Shown here piece after piece: positions 27,766-37,695 of a stretch of 64,000 nucleotides of DNA. Under the pieces are notes generated by a model, which worked only from the letters and a program-made list of their open reading frames with translations, did not search any database and had not been told where the DNA came from. A program made the translations under genes and the position numbers. This stretch comes from Candidatus Eiseniibacteriota bacterium (GTDB taxonomy: Bacteria > Eisenbacteria > RBG-16-71-46), in contig CAVQXP010000004.1 in NCBI GenBank assembly GCA_963717935.1, forward strand, positions 256,001-320,000. Direction: 5' to 3'. Each line of letters opens with the position of its first letter. Positions within the stretch are counted from its first letter, which is position 1.

Positions 27766-29241
27766 ATGGACTGGACTCCCGGCACCCTCGCCGAGCTGCG
27801 CGCCCTGCTGGGTGACGACGGCGTGCTCGACAGCGAGGCCGCGCGCCTGACCTACGACACGGATGCGCTCACGCTCGAGCACGGCATGCCCGACGTCGTG
27901 GTGCTGCCCCGCTCGACCGACGAGGTCGCCGCACTGGTGCGCTGGGCGCACTCGCACGACGTGCCGGTGACACCGCGCGGCGCGGGCACCGGGCTCGCCG
28001 GCGGCGCCACGCCGCACCACGGCGGCATGCTGCTCGTGTCGAGCCGCATGGACCAGGTGCTCTCGCTCGATCCCGGGCGGATGTTCGCCTGGGTCCAGCC
28101 GGGGCTCGTGAACGCGCGGCTCTCCGAACTCGCCGAGCCTCACGGACTGCACTTCGCGCCCGACCCATCCTCGCAGCCCGTGAGCACGATCGGGGGCAAC
28201 GTCGCCGCCAACGCCGGCGGCCCGCACTGCCTCAAGCACGGCGTCACCGCCAACCACGTGCTCGGCCTGGTCGCCGTGCTGTACGACGGCCGCATCGTGA
28301 CGCTGGGCGGCGAGGCGCCGGATGCGCCGGGCGCGGATCTCGCCTCCGTGATGGCCGGCAGCGAGGGCACGCTCGGCATCCTCTGCGAGATCTGCGTGCG
28401 GCTGGTGCCGCGGCCCGAGGCCGTGCACACCCTGAGTCTCGACTTCGCCGTGATCGAGGACGCCTGCCGCGCGGTCTCCGCGGTGATCGCCGCCGGCATC
28501 GTGCCCGCCGCGATGGAGTTGATGGACCGCCAGACCATGGAGGTGGTCGAGGCCTGGCTCCACCTCGGGCTGCCGCTGGACGCCGCCGCGATGCTCATCG
28601 TCGAGGTGGACGGGCCGGCCGTGAGCCTGCCGGCCCAGGTCGGGCGCATCACGGCCATCGCCCGGGAGCACGGCGCGCGCTCCGTCCGCGCGGCGAGCGA
28701 CGCGGCGGAACGCGCGGCGCTGTGGCGCGGGCGCAAGTCGTCGTTCGGGGCCTACGGGCGCACCGGGCGAGCCTTCTACCTCATGGACGGCACGGTCCCG
28801 CGCTCGCGTCTGGCCGAGGCCGTCACCGCCGTGTACGCGCTGGCGGGCGCACGCGGCCTGGCCGCCGGCACCCTCCTGCACGCGGGCGACGGCAATCTGC
28901 ACCCGCACATCCTCTTCGACACCGACGACCGGACGCAGCGGCAGGCCGCGCTCGAGGTCTCGCAGGAGATCCTGCGCGCCTGCATCCGGCTGGGCGGCAC
29001 CATCTCGGGCGAGCATGGCATCGGCCTGGAGAAGATCCCGATGATGAGCGAGGCCTACGCGCCCGTCGACCTCCGGACGATGAGCCGGCTGCGGCGGGCC
29101 TTCGACCCCGACGGCCTCCTGAACCCGGGCAAGGTCCTGCCGGGAGGCGAGGGCGGCGGTGGGACGCGGGCGCACGTCCGCGCACCGGCGCGACCCGCGG
29201 GCGTCGACGCCAGGAACGATCAGGAGGGACCGTGGAAGTGA
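27766..29241 (+). CDS. glcD: Glycolate oxidase subunit GlcD-like FAD-linked oxidase
   Basis: PRGAGTGLAGGA, APDPSS, GGNVAANAGGPHCLKHG, HAGDGNLHP, GEHGIG, LNPGK. Confidence 0.88.
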   Translation: MDWTPGTLAELRALLGDDGVLDSEAARLTYDTDALTLEHGMPDVVVLPRSTDEVAALVRWAHSHDVPVTPRGAGTGLAGGATPHHGGMLLVSSRMDQVLSLDPGRMFAWVQPGLVNARLSELAEPHGLHFAPDPSSQPVSTIGGNVAANAGGPHCLKHGVTANHVLGLVAVLYDGRIVTLGGEAPDAPGADLASVMAGSEGTLGILCEICVRLVPRPEAVHTLSLDFAVIEDACRAVSAVIAAGIVPAAMELMDRQTMEVVEAWLHLGLPLDAAAMLIVEVDGPAVSLPAQVGRITAIAREHGARSVRAASDAAERAALWRGRKSSFGAYGRTGRAFYLMDGTVPRSRLAEAVTAVYALAGARGLAAGTLLHAGDGNLHPHILFDTDDRTQRQAALEVSQEILRACIRLGGTISGEHGIGLEKIPMMSEAYAPVDLRTMSRLRRAFDPDGLLNPGKVLPGGEGGGGTRAHVRAPARPAGVDARNDQEGPWK

Positions 29242-30443
29242 GACCGCCGCACACCGCAGCGCGCGCAAGCGAGATCACCCCTGCACCGGCCCCCCACGTG
29301 GCGTGGCCGCTCGCCGTCGTGCTCAGCATCGCGCTCGGCGTCGTCTTCCGGTTCACCGCATGGCGCAGCATGTACGTGTGGGGCCCGGCGGCCGGCGTGG
29401 CGATCCTGCTCTACCTGGGGCTCGCCCGCGGACGGCTTCGGACGGCCGCGACGCACGAGGGAGAGACCGCATCGCCCGAGCCCACGCAGGTCGCGTGGGC
29501 CGTGCTCGTGATCGCCGCCTTCGCCACGAACGCGCTCACGTTCGCGCCGGAGCACCTCGGCCAACTCGCGCAGCTCAGCGCGATCCACCTGCCAGCGCTC
29601 ACCTGGCTCGTCATGGGCGTGGCCGTACTCGGACGCGTGGAGGACCCGCTCGAGCGCTTCGCCGCGGTGGTCAAGTCCATCGAGGTGCTGGTGACGGCCG
29701 CGATCTACGCCGGCGTGGTGGTCATCTTCTCCGGCGTGACGGCCGGCCTGCTGACGGCGCTGCAGGTGGAGATCCCTCCGCCGGCCCGCCAGGCCACCCT
29801 GGCCTTCCTCCTCGGACTCGTCCCCGTCCTCGCGGTGGCGAGTGTCTACGAGCCCGGGCTGCGGCCCTCGGCCCAGCGCTTCGGCGCGGGCGTGACGCGG
29901 GTCTTCTTCATCGCGGCGCGGCTCTTCCTCCCGCTCACGCTCCTCGTGCTGCTGCTCGTGGCGGCCATCCTCCCGGCGCGCTTCGGGGTGCTCGCGGAGA
30001 ACCGGGGGACGCTCCTGATCTTCAACGCGATGCTCTTCGCCGTGATGCTCCTGATCGTGGGCGCCACGCCGCTGCGGGTCGCTGACCTCGCGCCACGCCC
30101 CGGGGCCTGGCTGCGGCGCGGCATCGCCGCCGTCGCGCTCGTCGCCGCCGTGGTCAGCGCCTACGCCCTCGCCGCCGTCCTCTCGCGGACGGCCCACGGC
30201 GGGCTCACGCCCAACCGCCTCACGGTGATCGGCTGGAACGTGGTGAACCTCGTCGCCCTGCTCCTGCTCCTGCTGCGCCAGTTGCGCGCCGGCCGCGAAG
30301 GCTGGGTGCGCGCGCTGCACGCCGCATTCGGTGACGCACTCGCGCTCTACGCGCTCTGGACGGCGTTCGTGCTCGTCGCCCTGCCGCACCTCGCGCGGAT
30401 CGCCCGCTGGCCCGTGTCCGCGGGACGCGGACTCGTGGACTGA
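29232..30443 (+). CDS. Polytopic membrane protein (DUF4153-like)
   Basis: GTG with AGGAGG RBS; many TM segments; LLIFNAMLFAV, GLTPNR. Confidence 0.65.
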   Translation: MEVRPPHTAARASEITPAPAPHVAWPLAVVLSIALGVVFRFTAWRSMYVWGPAAGVAILLYLGLARGRLRTAATHEGETASPEPTQVAWAVLVIAAFATNALTFAPEHLGQLAQLSAIHLPALTWLVMGVAVLGRVEDPLERFAAVVKSIEVLVTAAIYAGVVVIFSGVTAGLLTALQVEIPPPARQATLAFLLGLVPVLAVASVYEPGLRPSAQRFGAGVTRVFFIAARLFLPLTLLVLLLVAAILPARFGVLAENRGTLLIFNAMLFAVMLLIVGATPLRVADLAPRPGAWLRRGIAAVALVAAVVSAYALAAVLSRTAHGGLTPNRLTVIGWNVVNLVALLLLLLRQLRAGREGWVRALHAAFGDALALYALWTAFVLVALPHLARIARWPVSAGRGLVD

Positions 30444-30450
30444 CGGCCGC

Positions 30451-31692
30451 ATGAACGCGCCCTCCGCCCCGCTCGAGCCCGCCCGCTACGCCATCGCGGG
30501 CGTCGAGCCCCTGTCGGTGTCGCGGCCGGCCTCGGGAGAAGAGACGGCCGAGGTCCTGCGCGCCGCCGCGCGCGACGGGCTCACCGCCGTGCCCTGGGGC
30601 GGCGGCGTCTCGCTCGCCCGCGAGCGCGCGCCACGGCGCTACGACCTGGCGCTCGACCTCACGGCGCTCGACCGCGTGGTCGAGTACCAGCCCGAGGACA
30701 TGACCCTCACCGCCGGGTGCGGCGTGACTCTCGCGACGCTGCGCGCCGCGCTCGCCGCGCGCGGGCAGGAGTTGCCACTCGAGGGCGCGCGACCCGACCG
30801 CGCGACGCTGGGCGGGCTGCTGGCCGCCAACGCCTCGGGACCGCGCCGGCTGCGTTTCGGCGCGCCGCGCGACCGCATCCTGGGCGCTCGCTTCGTCCTG
30901 GCGGACGGCACGCTCGCCCGCAGCGGCGGGCGCGTGGTGAAGAACGTCGCTGGCTACGCCCTCCACCGGCTGCTGTGCGGCTCTCGCGGCGGGCTCGCCG
31001 TGCTGCTCGAGGCCAGCCTCAAGCTCGCGCCGGCCCCGGCGCGGCGCGTGGCGCTGGTCTTCGGCGTCGGCGCCCGCGCGCTGGGCGACGAGGCACGCTG
31101 GGCGGTGCTGCCGCGGCTCGAGCCGGCGCTGCTCACGGTCGTCGGCCAGGCGCTCGCCGGCGCGTTGCCCGTCGCCTCGCCCACCGACCCCTTCACCGTG
31201 ATCGTGGGCTTCGAGGACGACGAGGCCTTCGTGGACCAGCAGGTCGCGGCCGTCGTGCACCTGCTGGGCGAGCCCGACGCGCGGCTCGAGGACGACTCGG
31301 CGGCCGGCCTGTGGCAGGCGCTCGCCGACCTCGAGGACCGCGACGGCGCGCGGCTCACCTTCACGGGCGCCGCGAACACGCCCGCGGCGCTCGCGCCCCT
31401 GCTCGAGCGCCCCGAGGTCGCGGCCGGCACGCTGTTCCACGCCGCGGCGGGCCGCCTGCATGTCTTCCCCGGGCGGACGCCGGCGCGGGAGGTCGTGAAG
31501 TCGCTCGACCCCGCCGGCTTCACGCTCCTCGAGACCGTCGCGGGCGGCGGCGACCCCTCGGGCGTCGCCGCGCTCGAGCCGCTCATCGCCCCGCAGGCCG
31601 CGGTGCTCGATCTGCGCGCGCGCATCCGCGGAGCGCTCGACCCGGCGGGCGTGATGGCATACGGAGCGCGCTGGGAGCAGGATGGTCCATGA
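30451..31692 (+). CDS. glcE: Glycolate oxidase subunit GlcE-like FAD-binding protein
   Basis: EYQPEDMT, ATLGG, GPRRLRFG..RD, GGRVVKNVAGY. Confidence 0.85.
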   Translation: MNAPSAPLEPARYAIAGVEPLSVSRPASGEETAEVLRAAARDGLTAVPWGGGVSLARERAPRRYDLALDLTALDRVVEYQPEDMTLTAGCGVTLATLRAALAARGQELPLEGARPDRATLGGLLAANASGPRRLRFGAPRDRILGARFVLADGTLARSGGRVVKNVAGYALHRLLCGSRGGLAVLLEASLKLAPAPARRVALVFGVGARALGDEARWAVLPRLEPALLTVVGQALAGALPVASPTDPFTVIVGFEDDEAFVDQQVAAVVHLLGEPDARLEDDSAAGLWQALADLEDRDGARLTFTGAANTPAALAPLLERPEVAAGTLFHAAAGRLHVFPGRTPAREVVKSLDPAGFTLLETVAGGGDPSGVAALEPLIAPQAAVLDLRARIRGALDPAGVMAYGARWEQDGP

Positions 31693-31771
31693 GCCGGCAG
31701 CGCCTCCCGCTGCCGTTCCCCGCCCGTGACGGCCGACTTCCTCGTCTTCACCGATCCGGAGCACCGCCGAC

Positions 31772-32167
31772 ATGCCGCACCTGACCCTGGAGTACTCGAA
31801 CAACCTGCCCGCGCCCGTGGACTTCGGCGCGCTCTTCGCGCGCCTGCACGCCACGCTCGCGGAGACCGGCCCCTTCCCGCTCGCGCAGATCAAGAGCCGC
31901 GCCGTCCCGCTCGACGTCTTCCGCGTCGGCGCCGGGGCGCCGGAGAGCGTCTTCGTCCACCTGACCGTGGCCATCCTGACCGGGCGCGACGACGAGCAGC
32001 GGCGCCGGATCGGCGAGCGCCTGGTGCAGATCCTGCGCGAAGCGTTCGCGCGGGCGTGGGACGAGCGTCCGTGCGACATCACGGTGGACGTCCGCGAGAT
32101 GCCGCGCGCGACCTACGCGAAGGCGATGAACGATCGTGCGCGGGCGACTTCCCCGCCGGGAGCCTGA
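31772..32167 (+). CDS. 5-carboxymethyl-2-hydroxymuconate isomerase family (tautomerase/MIF)
   Basis: MPHLTLEYSNN (catalytic Pro1), IKSRA, FVHL..ILTGR. Confidence 0.85.
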   Translation: MPHLTLEYSNNLPAPVDFGALFARLHATLAETGPFPLAQIKSRAVPLDVFRVGAGAPESVFVHLTVAILTGRDDEQRRRIGERLVQILREAFARAWDERPCDITVDVREMPRATYAKAMNDRARATSPPGA

Positions 32168-32197
32168 CGCCCGCCGCCGCCGGAGCGGGCGCCCGCC

Positions 32198-34468
32198 CTA
32201 CCGCCGGAACAGGTACGACACCTTGAAGAACGCGGTGCGCCCCGTGGCACGGTGGCGGCCGGCGACGCGATCGGCGCCGCCGTTGTAGCCGAGGTACAAC
32301 ACCGAGCCGGGGTGGAGGACGTAGCCCAGCAGGCCATCGGCGTCGAGGTGCCTCGCCTCGGTGTCGTATTGCGGGTAGACCCGCGCGTAGAGCCGCCGTG
32401 TGAACTGCCAGGTGGTCTTCGCGCCCAGCACCCACACGTCGTAGAGCACGCCGCGGCCGTGGTCGCGCGAGAAGCGGTTGCGGTTCGCTGCGAGTTCCGC
32501 CGTGAGCCGCGGCGAGGGCCGCAGCGTGGCCCGGGCCGCGTATTGCTCGAGCCAGCCGAGGTACGAACCGGCGTCGTCCTCCCCGTACCGGATCCCGTCG
32601 CCGACCTCGGCCTCGAACGCCACGGTGAAGGCGCGCCACAGCGAGTTCTGCACGCTCAGGGTGGCGCGGCTCCCGGTGTAGTCGTGGCCGTGCCAGCGCT
32701 CCTGCCAGTGGTCGACCATGGTGAATGCCTGGGTCTGCTTCTGGAACTGCCAGTCGAGCATCGGGCCCCACCACCAGCCCTGGATCCGGCCCGCGGCGTC
32801 GTGGTCCACGGAGGCCTCGAGCCTGGGCTGGATCGAACGCAACCACGCGTTCTGCGGACGGACGTAGAAGCTGGACTCGAAGCCGGTCTGGCGCAGATCC
32901 ACGCGCTGCAGGAACCCGGTCTCGGCGCGGAAGCCGGGGCCGAGGTACTTCTGATAGAGCTCCAGTCCACGGACGCCGTCCGAGTACGTCAGCTCGGCGT
33001 GGTAGGCAGCGCCATTGCGTGTGGCGCGGCGCGAATCCTCGATGAGCAGGACGCCCGTCGTGTCCCACCGGCTCGCGTACGTGGTCGTGTCGAAACGCGA
33101 TCCGCTGTGCGCCACCTGCCCGCTGAAGAACCAGCCGCGCGACAGGCGCACCTTCGCGTCGGCGGCGAACACGGCGTTCGCGCCGCCGTCGGGCCGGGCC
33201 TCCTCGACGCCCTCGGCGGGCACGGTCGACAGGGAGACACGATCGCTCTGGTGCAGGGCGACCAGCGCGCCCACGCTCGAGTTCTCGCCGATCTCGCAGG
33301 AGGCGCGCCCGACCTGGAACCAGCCCTTCGTCGATGCGCCCTCCACCGGCCCGCCGCCGACGCCCTCGAGCGCCCCGCCGCCGTCGTCGCGAGCGACGAT
33401 GGCGGCGAGGCGCACGTGCCCGAGCCGGCCGGCGAGCTTCCCACCTGAGACCGGGTCGGCGATGCGGCGCGTGTAGACCAGGTCGATGGGCGTATCGAAG
33501 ATGTCCGCGCCTTCGAGGAAGAACGGGCGCTTCTCCTCGAAATAGAGCGGGAAACGCTGGTTCACGTCGATCTGCAGAGCGTCGGCCTCGATCTGGCTGA
33601 AGTCGGGGTTCACGGTCGCGTTGAGCGTGAGCGTGGAGGACAGCGGCACGCGCGCGTCGAGCCCGGCGTCGGTCCTGCGCTGGCGCTCCCAGTCCGTGGC
33701 CACGCCGTCGTCCTCGAACGAGCGCTGCGAGGACCACGCCGCCGCCGCGTAGGGCTGCAGGTCGAGCCGACCGCTACCCCGCAGGCCGCCGAGCCCCGTG
33801 AGATCGGCCGCCTGCAGCATGACGTCCCCGGCCACGCCCAGGCGGTAGAGCGGCCAGGAGCAGACCTCGTCGTTCTTCTGGATCTGGCGGCGGATCCACA
33901 GCCCCCACGCGCCCGGCCCGTTCTCGGGAAAGCGCAGGGTGCGCAGCGGGATCGCCAGCTCCGCGGTCCAGCCCGCGCTGTCCCGTGTGGCCTCGGCATC
34001 CCAGACGCCGTCCCACTGCGTGTCGAGCTCGTCTCCGATGAAGATGCCGTCGTACTGCACGCCGTACGGGTTCACGCCGAACGTGAAGGCCCGCCGCCGG
34101 TCGAGGTACGGGTCGAGCGCGATGCCGAGGTTGTCGAGGTCGAGGATCTGGTCGCGCGGAGCGAGGCTCGCGCGGAGCGCGCCGGGCCCGCGGTTCCAGC
34201 AGCGGCAGCCGAAGTAGAGGTGCGTCTCGTCGAAGAGCACGCGCACCTCCGTGGACTCGGATGGCGCCTCGCCCTCGCGGTTCTGGATGAGCCGGAAGCC
34301 CGTGATGGGCGTGGCGCGCGCCCAATCGGCCTCGTCGAGCACGCCGTCGACGCGGAGGGCGCCGGTCGCGCGCACCGCGGCCACCTGCGGGCGCTGGGTG
34401 GCACGGACCGGGGAGGCGCACGCGGCGGCCAGGCCGAGACCGAGCAAGATCGTGGAGACGCGCTGCAT
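32198..34468 (-). CDS. CBM9-like domain plus DUF5916 outer-membrane protein
   Basis: Signal peptide; VDGVLDEADW, GWTAELAIP, TVNPDFSQIEAD, EKRPFFLEG, terminal FFKVSYLF. Confidence 0.82.
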   Translation of the reverse strand: MQRVSTILLGLGLAAACASPVRATQRPQVAAVRATGALRVDGVLDEADWARATPITGFRLIQNREGEAPSESTEVRVLFDETHLYFGCRCWNRGPGALRASLAPRDQILDLDNLGIALDPYLDRRRAFTFGVNPYGVQYDGIFIGDELDTQWDGVWDAEATRDSAGWTAELAIPLRTLRFPENGPGAWGLWIRRQIQKNDEVCSWPLYRLGVAGDVMLQAADLTGLGGLRGSGRLDLQPYAAAAWSSQRSFEDDGVATDWERQRRTDAGLDARVPLSSTLTLNATVNPDFSQIEADALQIDVNQRFPLYFEEKRPFFLEGADIFDTPIDLVYTRRIADPVSGGKLAGRLGHVRLAAIVARDDGGGALEGVGGGPVEGASTKGWFQVGRASCEIGENSSVGALVALHQSDRVSLSTVPAEGVEEARPDGGANAVFAADAKVRLSRGWFFSGQVAHSGSRFDTTTYASRWDTTGVLLIEDSRRATRNGAAYHAELTYSDGVRGLELYQKYLGPGFRAETGFLQRVDLRQTGFESSFYVRPQNAWLRSIQPRLEASVDHDAAGRIQGWWWGPMLDWQFQKQTQAFTMVDHWQERWHGHDYTGSRATLSVQNSLWRAFTVAFEAEVGDGIRYGEDDAGSYLGWLEQYAARATLRPSPRLTAELAANRNRFSRDHGRGVLYDVWVLGAKTTWQFTRRLYARVYPQYDTEARHLDADGLLGYVLHPGSVLYLGYNGGADRVAGRHRATGRTAFFKVSYLFRR

Positions 34469-34617
34469 GGAGCGCGCAGTCTCCACGACCTCCCTGCGGT
34501 TCGCAAGGGCCCGGCCCGGGCGGTCCCGGGCCGGCGCGGGGCGGTCCGTTTTCGGGTGAGGCGCGGCCGTCATCCTGCTAGCCTCCGAGGTGGAGAGTCG
34601 CTCCCGTGGAGGTCGTC

Positions 34618-35622
34618 ATGCGCTGGACCCTGCTGCTGTCACTCGTGCTGCCCGCCGTCTCGCCTGCCGCGCCGGACGCGCCGTCGCTCGCCGCGCCCCT
34701 CGCCCACACCTACTCCATCGTCGCCCGCGATCCGCGGACGGGCGAGCTGGGCGTGGCCGTGCAGTCGCACTACTTCTCCGTCGGCCCGGTCGTGCCCTGG
34801 GCCGAGGCCGGCGTCGGGGCGGTGGCCACGCAATCGCTCGTGCTCGTGGACTACGGCCCGAACGGCCTCGACCTCATGCGCTCGGGGATGACGGCACAGC
34901 AGGCGCTCGACTCGCTGCTCCGGGCGGACACGCACAACGAGGGCCGCCAGGTGGCGATGGTGGACGCGAAGGGCGGCGTGGCCGCGCACACCGGCCGGGC
35001 CTGCATCCCTGACGCCGGGCACCACAGCGGCGCGCAGTACTCCGTGCAGGCGAACCTCATGGCGAACGACCGCATCTGGTCCGCCATGGCGAAGGCGTAC
35101 GAGAGCGCGCCAGGCGACCTGGCCGAGCGGCTGCTCGCCGCGCTCGACGCCGCGCAGCAGGCGGGCGGCGACATCCGCGGACGGCAGTCGGCGGCGATCG
35201 TGGTGGTGAAGGCGCGATCGAGCGGCAAACCGTGGGCCGACCGGCTCTTCGACCTGCGGGTCGAGGACAGCCCGGAGCCGCTCCAGGAGCTGCGGCGGCT
35301 CGTGCGCCTGCGCCGCGCCTACAACCTCGAGGACGCAGGCGACAACGCCATCGCCGAGAAGCGGCCCGAGGAGGCGTTGCGCCACTACGAGGAGGCGATG
35401 AAGCTCGCGCCCGACGTGGTGGAGCTCCAGTTCTGGGCCGCGGTCTCGATGTACACGAACGGCCGCAGGCAGGAGGCGCTGCCGCTCTTCCGGAAGGTGT
35501 TCGCGAAGGAGGCGCGCTGGGTGCCGCTCGTGGAGCGCCTGCCGAAGGCGGATCTGTTCCCCGACGACCCGGAGCAGATCGCCGAGGTCCAGGCGCAGGC
35601 GACGAAGGGCGCGAAGTGGTGA
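34618..35622 (+). CDS. DUF1028 (Ntn-hydrolase-like) secreted protein with C-terminal TPR
   Basis: TYSIVARDP..GELGVAVQS, GAVATQ, GGDIRGRQSAA, DLRVED. Confidence 0.87.
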   Translation: MRWTLLLSLVLPAVSPAAPDAPSLAAPLAHTYSIVARDPRTGELGVAVQSHYFSVGPVVPWAEAGVGAVATQSLVLVDYGPNGLDLMRSGMTAQQALDSLLRADTHNEGRQVAMVDAKGGVAAHTGRACIPDAGHHSGAQYSVQANLMANDRIWSAMAKAYESAPGDLAERLLAALDAAQQAGGDIRGRQSAAIVVVKARSSGKPWADRLFDLRVEDSPEPLQELRRLVRLRRAYNLEDAGDNAIAEKRPEEALRHYEEAMKLAPDVVELQFWAAVSMYTNGRRQEALPLFRKVFAKEARWVPLVERLPKADLFPDDPEQIAEVQAQATKGAKW

Positions 35623-37535
35623 GCAGCGTCCTGGATCACGGGCCGTCGCGCTTCGCCGAGCGCCGCCCGGGCGGCAGATCCGGCGGCACGTCCTCTCCCG
35701 CGACGCGCGTGCGCCTCTCGCAGGCTTGGCGTGACGCCCGCGACCTGCTGCGCCAGCACCGCGGCCGGCTGCTCGTCGGCTTCGCGCTGATGCTGGTGAA
35801 TCGCGCGGCCGGGTTCGTGCTGCCCGCCGCGCCCAAGTTCGTCATCGACGACGCCATCGGCAAGCACCGCCCCGAGCTCCTGGGCGTGATCGCGCTGGCG
35901 CTCGGCGTGGCGACCCTGATCCAGGCCGGCACCTCCTTCGTGCTCTCGCAGCTCCTCGGCGTGGCGGCGCAGCGCGCCATCACCGACATGCGCAAGAAGG
36001 TGATGGCCCACGTCACGCGCCTGCCGGTCCGCTACTTCGACTCCACCCAGACCGGCGTGCTGATCTCGCGCGTCATGACGGACGCCGAGGGCGTGCGGAA
36101 CCTGGTCGGCACGGGGCTCGTGCAGCTGGCGAGCAGCCTGGTCACCGCGGCGGTGGCCCTGGTCTGGCTCTTCGCCATCTCCTGGCAGCTCACGCTGCTC
36201 AACCTCGTGTTCCTCGCGGTCTTCGGCGCCGGCATGACCTTCGCCTTCGGCACGCTGCGGCCGCTCTTCCGCGAGCGCGGGAAGATCAACGCCGAGGTCA
36301 CCGGGCGGCTCGGCGAGACCCTCGGCGGCGTGCGCGTGGTCAAGGCCTACACCGCCGAGCGCCGCGAACAGCTCGTCTTCGCGCGCGGCGCGCACCGGCT
36401 CTTCCGCAACATCGCGCGCACCATGACCGGCGTCTCGGCGATCGGCGCGGTCGCGGGAGTGATCGCCGGCGGCATCGGCATCCTCATGATCCTGGTCGGC
36501 GCGCCCGCCATCCTGGAGGGCCGCATGACGCTCGGCACGTTCGGCACCTACGTGGCGCTCACCGGCATGATGGCCGCACCGCTCGTCCAGCTGGCTTCGA
36601 TCGGCACGCAGATCAGCGAGGCCTTCGCCGGGCTCGACCGCATCCGCGAGGTGCTGGGCACGCCGACCGAGCGCGACGGCGGGGGACGCGGCGCGATCGG
36701 CACGCTGCGCGGCGACCTCGCCTTCGAGCACGTCTCGTTCGCGTACACGCCGGGCGAGCCGGTGCTGAAGGACGTGAGCTTCACCGCGCCCGCGGGGACG
36801 ACGACCGCGCTGGTGGGCTCGAGCGGCTCGGGCAAGAGCACGCTCATCAGCCTGGTCATGGCGTTCAACCAGCCGCAGGCGGGTCGCATCCTGGTGGACG
36901 GGCGCGACCTCGCCGGCCTGTCGCTGGAGGGCTATCGCACGCAGCTGGGCGTGGTGCTGCAGGAGAACTTCCTCTTCGACGGCACCATCACCGAGAACAT
37001 CGCCTTTTCGCGCCCGAACGCCACGGCGGAGGAGATCCGCGTGGTGGCGCACATCGCGCACTGCGACGAGTTCGCCGACCGCTTCCCCCACGGCTTCGAC
37101 ACGGTCGTGGGCGAGCGCGGCATCCGGCTCTCGGGCGGGCAGCGCCAGCGCATCGCCATCGCGCGCGCCATCCTCGCCGACCCGCGCATCCTGATCCTCG
37201 ACGAGGCCACCTCGAGTCTCGACTCCGAGAGCGAGCAGATGATCCAGGACGGCCTGCGGCGCCTGCGGCACGGGCGCACCACGTTCGTCATCGCGCACCG
37301 GCTCTCGACCATCCGCAGCGCCGACCAGATCCTGGTGCTCGAGGGCGGCGAGATCGTCGAGCGTGGCACGCACGAGGAGCTGATGGCGAAGGACGGACGC
37401 TACCGGCAGCTCCACGACAAGCAGTACCAGCTCGAGTTCGACCGCTTCATCAACCCGGGCGAGGACTTCACCCCCGAGCCGCCGAAGCCCGAGCCCCCGG
37501 TGGCGGGCGGGCCGCCCGGGCCGGGAACGCTGTAA
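35619..37535 (+). CDS. ABC exporter, fused permease/ATPase (MsbA-like)
   Basis: TM domain; GSSGSGKS, LSGGQRQ, ILDEATS, IAHRLSTI. Confidence 0.92.
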   Translation: MSSVLDHGPSRFAERRPGGRSGGTSSPATRVRLSQAWRDARDLLRQHRGRLLVGFALMLVNRAAGFVLPAAPKFVIDDAIGKHRPELLGVIALALGVATLIQAGTSFVLSQLLGVAAQRAITDMRKKVMAHVTRLPVRYFDSTQTGVLISRVMTDAEGVRNLVGTGLVQLASSLVTAAVALVWLFAISWQLTLLNLVFLAVFGAGMTFAFGTLRPLFRERGKINAEVTGRLGETLGGVRVVKAYTAERREQLVFARGAHRLFRNIARTMTGVSAIGAVAGVIAGGIGILMILVGAPAILEGRMTLGTFGTYVALTGMMAAPLVQLASIGTQISEAFAGLDRIREVLGTPTERDGGGRGAIGTLRGDLAFEHVSFAYTPGEPVLKDVSFTAPAGTTTALVGSSGSGKSTLISLVMAFNQPQAGRILVDGRDLAGLSLEGYRTQLGVVLQENFLFDGTITENIAFSRPNATAEEIRVVAHIAHCDEFADRFPHGFDTVVGERGIRLSGGQRQRIAIARAILADPRILILDEATSSLDSESEQMIQDGLRRLRHGRTTFVIAHRLSTIRSADQILVLEGGEIVERGTHEELMAKDGRYRQLHDKQYQLEFDRFINPGEDFTPEPPKPEPPVAGGPPGPGTL

Positions 37536-37695
37536 GAAGAGGAGGGGCACCGGGCTCATCGCTTCGTCAGGGACCTGCAAGCAGCGTGCGCCACACGCGT
37601 CTTTGGCGCATCTGCTCCTTTACGGCCGGAGCCGCCGGAGTGTCACGCGCACACCCCATGCCGCCCTCCCACCGCCCCAATGGAGACTCCCGGTC

